64,000 bases of DNA from Nematocida ausubeli (taxonomy: Eukaryota), in contig NW_026515634.1 of assembly GCF_000738915.1 (NCBI RefSeq), positions 186,001 to 250,000 on the forward strand, in the 5' to 3' direction. Positions 29,737-39,733 of the stretch are shown here, piece by piece. Positions within the stretch are counted from its first letter, which is position 1. Every line of letters starts with the position of its first letter. Under the pieces are notes generated by a model that did no database searches, was not told the DNA's origin, and was given only the letters and a program-made list of their open reading frames with translations. The translations under genes and the position numbers were made by a program.

Positions 29737-32424
29737 ATGAACATGCGGATAAAAAGAAACACACAGGAATGTTTATACGAAAGAAAGAACAAAGAACAAG
29801 CAAACAGAAGTACTAAAAGCATGTCCATGCGGCTACTAGCAAAAGTGCTTCTTATGTGCATGCTTTTATCTATACAGAATGTCTTTGGATTATTGAACAG
29901 AAAAGATATGGAAGAAGTGCTAGAAGAAGTATTAAGTAAAACAAAAGATGCTAGTATGTCCAAAATGAATCGGTATTTTAGCCCAATTCTGCTGGATTTA
30001 TATAGGAAGATAGACATTGTTTACAGGAGGCGATTTAATCCTCAATACATAAATGAACAGGCTGCTATGCCAAAGGAAGAAAATATTTTACAGAATATAG
30101 ACCGAACAAACGACACAGTCAAAGAAGAGGATTCAGAGGGAAATGAGATGCCAAAAGAAACTGTGGACCACTACAATGCACTGATTAACATGTTCCCTTC
30201 TCCATCTGGAGAAGTAAGCATCTATCCTAAAAAAGGCTGCAAAGACTCTTTCACTTCTTTCTTAAGGAGTGACCCTGTTAAGGAATATGCGCATAAAATT
30301 CTTGCAATACTTTTTCTACGGACGGAGGGACTATATGCGCCGCTAGAAGTTGAGAATGAGGAAAGCGCTTGCCCAAAACTTACATGGACTAATGAATACA
30401 AACCCGAAGAATCCTTCAGTGTTCCCATATGCATTGCTAGTGCAGAAGGGCAGGGAAGTAATGGCTCTAATGAAGAAGCAAATATAAAAAAAGTTAACAG
30501 TAGACTACTGCAGACTATTAAGTATTTTATTAATGCAAAGTCCAGCCAGGAGCTTGAAGAGAGTATAGTACTGCTAGAATCAGATAAGAAAGCAAATTAT
30601 TGGGAGAATGTGTTTACTGAGACACCCGCTTGGCTTATACAATCATATATATACTACTATCTGGAAACTAAAGAAGAGGCAATTAAACTCTATGGTGAGA
30701 TAGACAAAAAATTAAAGTCTTGCATAGATTTGTATCCAGTATATAACTATAGCTATATTGCAGGGGATTTCTTTGACAAATCCTTTACATCTAAAGATGT
30801 GCAGTCAGAGGAACTTGTGTGGTGGGAAAAAGTAAAAAAACTTGAAGATATGGTTGAAGCTAAGAAAGAAGTCCAGCTGTATCCCTTCGCGGATAATAGT
30901 CATCTACCTAACAAAGAAATAGTTAATCTGAATATCCAAGGAAATACATATTTGGAAACAAAAGTAATTTCAAGTGATATAGAATCTGTGTTACTTACTC
31001 TATTATGCTGCTTTGTATACGACCCAGAAACGAATACATACAATGTTAATCAAATTCTGGGCGCGAAGGAAGAAGTAAAGAGTCTGTTTGGCATGCCATC
31101 TAAAAGCATAGGTACTTCTAGAAATTTATCTAAAGTGAACAGAAATTCAGCCACGAGCAGCGCACCAAGCAAGGATATGCCTGTTATTCGGGTAGGGCAG
31201 GAAATACCACAAGAAGTTTGGAGTAGGTGGAGTGAAATAGTCCAGAATGTAGTGAAAAATGATGAAGACATAAGTTATATAATCCTAGAAAACAATAGGT
31301 GTATGATTAAACCCGACATCTTTAATATTCTCATAATAATGATAAAAGTTACAGGAATACATTATTCTAACTATAAGCATGTCATACAGGTATATAAAGA
31401 TAGGAAGAAAAATATAACATTAATTAATAATGCTCATCTGATAAATCCCCTTGCAAACGAAATTGCAAACTATGCAGCATATGTATTTTCTTGCATATGT
31501 GGAGGGTTCTTATGCGATATAACATTTCCAGAATGGTGCAAGATGCCTTCTATACCTTCTAAAGATAAGAAAGAAAGAAGAATATGTGTGAATTTTATAA
31601 ATTGTGCTATTAAGAATATAGGTGCTGGAAACGATTTGACTGGAAGCATAGAGATTTACTATGCAACAGAAAATAGTGCACGGCCAATAATTATTCATTT
31701 TGCTGCACCAGAAAAAGCTCATTTAGAAATTGGCAGCTATGCTGTAAAATCAAACAATTCAATTATTAGTAATTTAAAGAAAGAAATATGCACAATGCCA
31801 AAAAACAGCTATAGTCTGTATGCGCTTTCTAAATACGCAGAAACTTTGGAGTTATACACTCCAGACGATGTGGTGATTGATAAGTTCTATATAGAAGAAG
31901 TAAACAATCATGCTATAAGACTGGAAAATAAGACAATCCAGCCATGGCAATATGCCAATTGCACTGAATATGGTATACCTTCATCTATGATAAGTGATAT
32001 ATTTAAGAATGGGATGGATGAAAAATACAAATATGACTCGCAAGATTTAAAGAGCCTAATACTCAGTAAGCCAGGGCTTAATATAAAACAGATGATGTAT
32101 TTAATTGTCTGCATAGCAAAAGAAGCCAAAGATTTGGAAAATAGTTTTTATAATGAATGGGAGATGAACAAACGCATGATAGATTGCTGTGACAAGTATA
32201 CAGATGATTGTGCGCTCAGTTTTGTAGTGTTTTTACTTAAGCATTTGATAGACCTCAATGCAGATTTGGATATTGCAAATGTAGTTGAATTATATGCTCG
32301 GGTTTATGGACACAGTAACAGAAAATGCCTAAATACTCTATTTAATATGCTGTCGTTCAAGAAAATAGACACAGCTAAAATAATTAAATGCTTGGAAAAG
32401 TATGGTAGTATTATTGAAAAATAG
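29737..32424 (+). CDS. Secreted large-gene-family protein, copy A1 (lacks the motif Cys)
   Basis: Hydrophobic MRLLAKVLLMCMLLSIQNVFG (alternative start 29821), FPSPSGE, WLIQSYIY, SDIESVLLTLLCCFVYDP. Confidence 0.85.
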   Translation: MNMRIKRNTQECLYERKNKEQANRSTKSMSMRLLAKVLLMCMLLSIQNVFGLLNRKDMEEVLEEVLSKTKDASMSKMNRYFSPILLDLYRKIDIVYRRRFNPQYINEQAAMPKEENILQNIDRTNDTVKEEDSEGNEMPKETVDHYNALINMFPSPSGEVSIYPKKGCKDSFTSFLRSDPVKEYAHKILAILFLRTEGLYAPLEVENEESACPKLTWTNEYKPEESFSVPICIASAEGQGSNGSNEEANIKKVNSRLLQTIKYFINAKSSQELEESIVLLESDKKANYWENVFTETPAWLIQSYIYYYLETKEEAIKLYGEIDKKLKSCIDLYPVYNYSYIAGDFFDKSFTSKDVQSEELVWWEKVKKLEDMVEAKKEVQLYPFADNSHLPNKEIVNLNIQGNTYLETKVISSDIESVLLTLLCCFVYDPETNTYNVNQILGAKEEVKSLFGMPSKSIGTSRNLSKVNRNSATSSAPSKDMPVIRVGQEIPQEVWSRWSEIVQNVVKNDEDISYIILENNRCMIKPDIFNILIIMIKVTGIHYSNYKHVIQVYKDRKKNITLINNAHLINPLANEIANYAAYVFSCICGGFLCDITFPEWCKMPSIPSKDKKERRICVNFINCAIKNIGAGNDLTGSIEIYYATENSARPIIIHFAAPEKAHLEIGSYAVKSNNSIISNLKKEICTMPKNSYSLYALSKYAETLELYTPDDVVIDKFYIEEVNNHAIRLENKTIQPWQYANCTEYGIPSSMISDIFKNGMDEKYKYDSQDLKSLILSKPGLNIKQMMYLIVCIAKEAKDLENSFYNEWEMNKRMIDCCDKYTDDCALSFVVFLLKHLIDLNADLDIANVVELYARVYGHSNRKCLNTLFNMLSFKKIDTAKIIKCLEKYGSIIEK

Positions 32425-32714
32425 CTGTCTCTAGAAAAAAAACAACTTACAAGGCCGTAATTTCTAGTTAAATTGGATGGTATTTTAACCACACAACTTT
32501 TCACAGAAGAGTTCAATTAAGAACAGCTGAGTTTTTCTGTGCATTAAGCTCCCAGTGAAAGAAAGCACTCTAAATGCAATAGTTGCATGGTTTTACTGCA
32601 ATTATCCTATCCAAAGTATTAAGAGTGCAGCTTTGCTGGAGACAAGAGTCGTATGAGAGCCAATTCTTGCTATCTAGTGCAGCCACTAAGGCTCTCCTCA
32701 GAGTTTAATAAATG

Positions 32715-32791
32715 TTCTAGCTTAATTTCTCTTTCTAAAATATTAGACTTGGTCATACCAAACTTGGATATAATCTATTTTTATTGCATAT
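32715..32791 (-). repeat. LTR tail fragment
   Basis: Reverse complement ATCCAAGTTTGGTATGACCAAGTCTAATATT matches the LTR tail. Confidence 0.7.
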
Positions 32792-33275
32792 CTACACTAC
32801 TAAACCAGAAAAAGAGTCTTGTGCTCTTAAGGCTGGGAAAGCCAATACGTTTGATTCAGAAATAAACTAAAAGAATTTTATGATAAAAAATATATATTCT
32901 CTTTTCATCCAAGTATAATTTATAGGTATTAGAAGAAAAGCACTGTGCATAGCATGTTGCTAACTAGAAAAACTGTTGCCAGTGGCTCTATATATAGTAG
33001 TAATTTTAAATAAATTTTTATCTTTAGTTTTCTTAGTAGGCAACAATAACTATATAAATAAAAGCAGAGTAAAAATAAAAAGCGCATATATGGAGCGCTT
33101 TATAATGAGTATATACGCAAGCATTGAAAAGCATTTGAAAAGCACATCGACTCACTTTAAAAGTGATTTTCATGAATATATATGACGTGCCACGATGGCG
33201 GAAGCGTCATAGCCTGGAAGTAATAACCCAAGAGGGACAACATCTTACTTAAAGAAGAACTTTTATTCATGTCCT

Positions 33276-33465
33276 NNNNNNNNNNNNNNNNNNNNNNNNN
33301 NNNNNNNNNNNNNNNNNNNNNNNNNNNNNNNNNNNNNNNNNNNNNNNNNNNNNNNNNNNNNNNNNNNNNNNNNNNNNNNNNNNNNNNNNNNNNNNNNNNN
33401 NNNNNNNNNNNNNNNNNNNNNNNNNNNNNNNNNNNNNNNNNNNNNNNNNNNNNNNNNNNNNNNNN
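33276..33465. other. Assembly gap (N run)
   Basis: Run of N; both flanks resemble 34075-34260. Confidence 1.
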
Positions 33466-33741
33466 GAATTGCATCTGTATTTATAGTAGGGTTTTGATAT
33501 TGAGATAGTGATGAATTACAATCGCTATCATTTTATTTTTGAACCCCCTGTCGGTATAAGAAATTTCCGAAGGAGTGGTAATTTTACCACAATATATATA
33601 CAAATTAAATATAGAAAGCCACGAAGCATCCCGGTCTGTAGGCTATTATATGGTAAAAAAAGATTAAAGTATATTAACTCCTACAATAGATAACATCTGG
33701 CGCCATGCATGCCATTTTATATAACAATTTGGCATGTGTTT

Positions 33742-34050
33742 TGTTGTGTTTCCTTATCTTGGGCTAACGAAATCCTCTTTCCAAGCCAGAAATATGGATT
33801 GGTGTTGGTCATTGCTCTTTAGTATTTTTGGTTGTAGGCTAACGCACTAAAAGAATCTTTTTTCTTTTATTAAAATAGCCATAATAGAAATCGATATAGC
33901 TGCAATAACATGTTTTATCGATAAGATTTTCAATCATATAGCATCTCATTAATCTGCATTTGTCTGGAGGTCTATAAATAGACAACGAAAAATAAGTTAC
34001 ATTTAATTTTGTATGAACACGCCTAGCATTTCAAAGCGGAAAAGTTAGCT
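33742..34050 (+). repeat. Degenerate solo LTR
   Basis: TGTTGTGTTTCCTT..GATTGGTGTTGGTCATTGC..GAGGTCTATAAATAGAC..GTATGA. Confidence 0.65.
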
Positions 34051-34387
34051 GTGCATAATAGCCCAATAGACACCATCTTGTTTAAAGAAGAACTTGTATT
34101 CATCCTCTGTGTAGTATATTGTTGGGTTTTTAGATTTATTTTAATTTTCCTGTCATCTACTCTCTTATTCTTTTCTTTCTCCCTTTGCAGAATTGCATCT
34201 GTATTTATAGTAGGGTTTTGATCTTGAGATAGCGAATATTTTTCAATCGCTATCTTTTTATGTTTGGATCTTCTGTCAATATGAGAAAATTCTGAAGGTG
34301 TGTTAATTTTAACACAGAAACCTTCTGTAAAATCAACTAAATTTATAAAAACTCTTCTAGTTAAAGAAGTGTCTAAGTTTATGCACC

Positions 34388-37069
34388 TCATGAAGTGGCA
34401 GGGTCTGGCTTATATTGGCGTATAAGCTCGTCAAACCTGGCAATAGAGTCTTTACTACAGCATAGCTGGCCTTTTAGATTTGTGAGGGCTTGGGTAATGA
34501 CCTGCTCATTATAATATATGAAAGTAGATGGAATGTAGTTTGAATTTTGGATGGCGTCAAAGTTTGTCTTAATCAGCTCTATATTTAATCTTTTCTCTAA
34601 AATAAGATATATAAACCATGTATAGTGAAGATCACTTATTATCATATCTTTCTTCTCGGGATAGTCTCGTGCTATTGTCTCATCAATTGCATCAGAATAC
34701 TTCATGCTTTGGTCTTTAAATATATATTCGTAAATATCATAAACTACTGAAACGCCTAATAATAATTCATAAACTCCCTTCTCATTATATGAATCAAAGT
34801 TTTCTATGCAGTATTTAATCCATACAATGAAAATGGATATATCACAATCTAGCACATACTTAATAAAATTATAATACTTTATGTATTTCATGATGCTTTC
34901 ATGCCTTTCCTTTGAAAGATTTATATTCGGGTAGCTGCGGCTGCTTCCGCTTTTATTAAGCAGGCCTGCGCATATAATCGACGGAAGCAGCTGCCATTGC
35001 ATTTCCCAGTTATCTAGCTCTGTGCTTCCTATTATGTTGGAGGTAAAACGAACAATGGGATGCTCAGGAGATAGCTTTTGGTCCATGGTATAGACGATAG
35101 AACAGGCAACTAATTTCGCCTTATAGTCTAAATCATTGATCTTTTGTATGAGCAGCAGTCTATTTATGTCGGTGAAGTTGTTTTCAATGGTCTTGCGCAC
35201 CTGTGCCTTCATAAAGTAATCACTATCCTTAGAAGTATCAATTTTTCTTGTTTCATAGTCAATATATACAGAAAACAGATTTTCAATAAATTCTGTCCCA
35301 CTTTTACAGATGCCTGCAATTTCATTCAATTTCTCTATTCGATCGTCCTCGAAGTCCATAACAACAGACTCCATTTCAATAGCACTATGGCCTTTAGATA
35401 TTCCCAGGACTATTTCATTCCTGATGCCATCTTGCTCAAATAAAATAGCAATCTTTCCATATACATCGTATCTTCCATTAATACACCTATTAATTTTAAG
35501 CTGAGAAAACTCTATTTCTACATTTTCTGTCTTGGATAGGCGTTTAAGTAGTGTTTTTGTGTACTTTTGAATATCCTTCGAAAGACTATTCTCTAACACC
35601 CCCTCTTCCTCCTTTAACCTCTCTGAAAAGCCAAATACTTTGTCTTTTTCTTCTTCAGAAATATTTACTACTTCAGCAATAACCATGAGCATGTTTATGA
35701 TTCCACAGTCTAGCTCATTTCTATCCCTGCAGTATGCAATTCTAGGCTCTTCCAAGCACGCAACAACTCTGCACCAGTTCTTCTGAAAGTTGGCCTTTTT
35801 TGTGTCAAATGACTTGTTCTCTTCTGAGGCGAAGAATTCTTTAAGCTCTTTAGAGACATTCCCCATGTGGTCTGTCCGATAAATTTTCTCTGCTGGGTCA
35901 TATGCCAGGCAGCAGAAGAGGGAGAGAATCATGCACTCCACACAGTTGCTGTAGTCTTTCAAATGGTTAGTAGAAAACTCTTTTGTTGTCGGGTCGCGCC
36001 AAGGGACAGATGTGTATCTAGGAATCTGCGTGCTGTCTGCAAATGGAAATACCCCATATGTATTTAAGATCTTTTGTGTTTTCTTCATTAGAGCCATGCA
36101 GTCAGAACCTGCTTCAGTCCCAGCTGGTTTAAAAAGCCTGTCGTATACAGAGTCATTTTTACTTGGAGCCTCTGTCTTTGGTGCATATTTTTCTGTCATA
36201 GTGTGCACAGTCTGGATAAATTCTGTTGCACGCTCTGCGGTGCTAATAAACCTGAATATGTACGACTGGATCAGAAACTTTGGACTGTCTAAGAACTTTC
36301 CTGTAGCAAACTCATCGTATGAGCACTTGTCCACCATCATGCTAAGTACTTCCTGATTGGTTGCATACTTCTGGAAGAATTTGATCATTTGCTTAACTTT
36401 CTTTTGTTCAAACCTTTTTGTTTCATTTGTTTCTCTATTCAACCATGGGATGATCATGTCCACTTCAAAGTATATTTTGTCTTTTTTATCTGTTTCATAC
36501 ACCTTCAGCTTCTTGTTGTTGACATCAATGGGAATATGCACTCCCTCTGAGAAAAGGAGTAGCATAGCAAGAATCTGCAATGCATGTTTCTCTGTTGTCT
36601 TAGCCCGAAGGAACTGAATGAAGGACTGGTTACTTCGTGCCTCAATGGTTATGTCACCCGTTGGGGATGGAAACAGCTCAATCAGATGATTATGGTACTT
36701 TTCAAAAAATACATCCATTTTACTAGTGGGTAGTGCTTTGTGCGCTCTGTCCATCTGTCTATCTCGATTGTATTTATATTCTTCATAGCCCTCATCTATA
36801 GATTCTTTTTTTAATTCATACTTTGTACTAATCTGCGGAGCAAAAAATCTTTTATTGTACATGCACTCCATCTTCTGATAGATGTATCCGCGGAAGAAGT
36901 TGAGAGGGCCATTCGGATTTATCTTCACTAGCGATGCACCTGCTGCAACTCCAAATTCCAGAGTTAACTCTATTTCGCTTAGTGATATATCCGCTCTATG
37001 CGTGCTCATTATTAGAACACTGATTAAGAAAACTACCTTAATCCAAATAATGTAAGGGTGTATTTTCAT
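34388..37069 (-). CDS. Secreted large-gene-family protein, copy B1 (NCVE...H type)
   Basis: Signal-peptide-like N-terminus; NKRFFAPQI, FPSPTGD, FSEGV, FLIQSYIF, DYSNCVECMILSLFCCLAYDP, GISKGHS. Confidence 0.9.
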   Translation of the reverse strand: MKIHPYIIWIKVVFLISVLIMSTHRADISLSEIELTLEFGVAAGASLVKINPNGPLNFFRGYIYQKMECMYNKRFFAPQISTKYELKKESIDEGYEEYKYNRDRQMDRAHKALPTSKMDVFFEKYHNHLIELFPSPTGDITIEARSNQSFIQFLRAKTTEKHALQILAMLLLFSEGVHIPIDVNNKKLKVYETDKKDKIYFEVDMIIPWLNRETNETKRFEQKKVKQMIKFFQKYATNQEVLSMMVDKCSYDEFATGKFLDSPKFLIQSYIFRFISTAERATEFIQTVHTMTEKYAPKTEAPSKNDSVYDRLFKPAGTEAGSDCMALMKKTQKILNTYGVFPFADSTQIPRYTSVPWRDPTTKEFSTNHLKDYSNCVECMILSLFCCLAYDPAEKIYRTDHMGNVSKELKEFFASEENKSFDTKKANFQKNWCRVVACLEEPRIAYCRDRNELDCGIINMLMVIAEVVNISEEEKDKVFGFSERLKEEEGVLENSLSKDIQKYTKTLLKRLSKTENVEIEFSQLKINRCINGRYDVYGKIAILFEQDGIRNEIVLGISKGHSAIEMESVVMDFEDDRIEKLNEIAGICKSGTEFIENLFSVYIDYETRKIDTSKDSDYFMKAQVRKTIENNFTDINRLLLIQKINDLDYKAKLVACSIVYTMDQKLSPEHPIVRFTSNIIGSTELDNWEMQWQLLPSIICAGLLNKSGSSRSYPNINLSKERHESIMKYIKYYNFIKYVLDCDISIFIVWIKYCIENFDSYNEKGVYELLLGVSVVYDIYEYIFKDQSMKYSDAIDETIARDYPEKKDMIISDLHYTWFIYLILEKRLNIELIKTNFDAIQNSNYIPSTFIYYNEQVITQALTNLKGQLCCSKDSIARFDELIRQYKPDPATS

Positions 37070-37696
37070 TAAATAAAATAAATCATTTTCAATATATAGT
37101 GATAGATAAATTCAGAAGACTTTATAGGCCACTTCTATTAGTTTTCGGGTTATATACGTTGATCAATAACCTTCATTAGGTATTATTGCACGACGCAGTA
37201 TTTATGTATGCATGGTTAATATATTAATGCGCTCAGAGACGAATGATATTCTAACTAATAGACTGCGTACCATGCGGTAGAAGTGGCATATCCTGGAAAT
37301 AGCATGCCTCTATGAATAACATCTGTTGCCATGTAAAGAACTTTTATTATTGTAGTAAAAATATTTTAAGCTAGCTCTCTTGTTTAGTTGCTTAGAGTTA
37401 GTCTTGTGTGACAGCCAGCATTAACTGAGCGGACTAAAACTAGCGGTAGTGTATTTTTGGTGAAGTATCCAAAAGCCTATGCATGATAGAAAGAAAAGAC
37501 TAGCTTGTAAGACGCAGGCTTTACTAAGTGCATGGGAAGATATTTATGTATTCAATAGGGTATTTCATGCTAAATTCTGTGTGTATTGGTTGAATGTGCA
37601 GGTGCATACATAGCCTGAATATATCATGTCATTTCAAGTTCAGCTGATGTTTTTGTATTCAGCCTATGTGTATAGTATAATGCAGAATACAGGCTA

Positions 37697-38153
37697 GTGT
37701 GCTGTGCGTAAAAGAGTGTGTCTTTTTAGATGACAATAAATGTTCGTTTCGTTCTCTATTTACCTGTAGTGTGATATTCTTTCTATTTTCTTCTTGTTTT
37801 TCTCTTCATTTCCGACAAATGATGGTTCTCTGTGATGTGCTACTTTTCTTCTTTTCCCTACCTCTCATGCTTTATTTCTCTTTTTATACCTATGTAAAAT
37901 AAATTTCTTCAGAGGGCTGTATGTATACTTTATTTTCCCAATATATACAAGAATAAAAATACAAGAAGAACACTGAAAGAGAAGAAAAAGACAAAGTAGG
38001 CAGACACACAGAAATGAAAGAATAGGTAGAGAAATAAAGAGTATGAATGTATTGATAGGTATAAGCAGAGTTAGGGCAAGTAGAAGGTCTATTTAGTGAA
38101 ATATAGAGACATAGTATAGTTTATAGCAAATATACTAGCCAGAAAGTGCAGTT
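37697..38153. repeat. Quasi-palindromic ~450-bp intergenic element, copy 1
   Basis: Homologous to ~43035-43427 and ~49092-49547; pyrimidine-rich left half, purine-rich right half; inverted arms 37870-37893 and 38022-38039. Confidence 0.85.
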
Positions 38154-38439
38154 GACATATAAGGCATATGTCTATGACTGAATGGTTTGTTGGATGTGGA
38201 TAGACTTATGGCACCGAAAATAGCTGCTATATAATGCATATATACACCTGCATAGAAAAGTGACTCTGCATAGTCATGCACAGGCCAGGGCAGTATTAGA
38301 GAGTGTAAAGGCCAACCAAGGCAGCACAGCCATGATTGGCCAAGTGAGTATATAGTAGAGTAGAAAGGGCTGTGTGCAAATACAAGAGATCAGCAGAAGG
38401 ATAGTCTCAGTATAGCACACTCTGCTGTCTACCCTGCAG

Positions 38440-39000
38440 TGTATTTATTAAACCCAATATACCCCGAATAACCCGAATAATGATAAAACTTACAGGAATG
38501 GATTATAATAAATATAAGGAAGAAATACAGGGATATAGAGACAGGCTGCAAGACCCAAAGTTGATGCGTAATGATGACCTAGTAAAGTCTCTTGAGTCTG
38601 AAATTGCAAACTATGCAGAAGAGATATTTTCTCAGATGGGAAAAGAATTCTTAAGTGATGAAACACCAGCAGATGAGGGCTTAGTGTCTTCTACACCTTC
38701 TAAAAATGAGAGGGAAATATATGTGTTTTTCAAGAAGTATAATACTCAGATGGTGAGTGATAAAAACCATTTGGATGAGTATATAATTATTCATTATGCC
38801 ACAGAAGATAGAGCTGAGCCAATAATTATTTGTTCTATGCGACCAGAAAAAGTTTATTTAGGAATTGGCAAGTGTTTTATAATATTAGACATTCCGAAAG
38901 ACAGCTATACTATGTATGTTCTTTCTAAATATGCAGAAACCATAAATTTATAGGGTTCAAAAGACATAGCAATTGATACGTTCTATATAGACAAAATAAA
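38440..39000 (+). pseudogene. Fragment of an A-type large-family gene
   Basis: ORF 38480-38953 (MIKLTGMDYNKYK..EIANYA..YVLSKYAET) aligns to the central part of 29737-32424; homology extends past both ORF ends; no signal peptide. Confidence 0.8.
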
Positions 39001-39230
39001 ACAGCTGGTATAGCCTGAAGTTCTAATTGTTGTATGCTCTACGTAGCACCTAAAGACATGCATGGCATTAGCAACACCACCATTGGTGTTTGTTGGCACC
39101 CCATATCATCAATTAATTAGTTTGCTTGTTTTGATAAATCTCAAGATTAAATTAAACCCAAGCTATTTAAAGACTTGAGTTTTTGAATAAATACTAAATT
39201 TTAACAATAGTCTCTTTTAAGAAAACAGGA

Positions 39231-39523
39231 CCTGATTTTTCCCCCTCAAAGTGTTAGACTTTGCCATGCAAACTAAAAAAAATATTTCTTATTCTCTATT
39301 TATAGACCTCCCCCAATAGCTATATTTTATGGAGACAATTAGACATCCTCTTACCAGCTAATAAAGGGTCCTAGAGTCTGAGCCAGTCTAGCGGGCGTGT
39401 AAACAAGTAGAGCCCCTTGTAGCGTGTTGGCCTAACCAAAGCCCGGGAGGCAATGTCCAACACTAATCTACATTACTGGTCTGGGAAGAGGATTTCATGC
39501 CCTCAAGGCAAGGAAAACAAATA
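39231..39523 (-). repeat. Solo LTR
   Basis: AAACAAGTAGAGCCCCTTGTAGCGTGTTGGCCTAACCAAAGCCCGGG matches the start of the 25561-25931 copy; TATA and ATG tail present. Confidence 0.85.
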
Positions 39524-39733
39524 ATTATACAGATAGTTTTGCTATACATAGCCATACTGTTAGCTGTTCACTATATGTTTGCTAAGTATAAAATATTTTA
39601 ATTCTAGCTGTTTTATGTGAAGAAGCTTTGCACAAAGTACTTTAGCTTTAATTCTTTAGAAATAATAGAGAAAAAGCTTTTATTGCAATTTATAAAACTC
39701 TTCTAGTCAAAGAAGTGTCTAAGTTTGTGCATC

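Larger units (their letters stand above)
29583..32791 (+). repeat. ~3.2-kb segmental duplication, copy 1 (copy 2 at ~49724-52953)
   Basis: Near-identical sequence including flanks; antisense ORF translations are identical in both copies. Confidence 0.95.
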
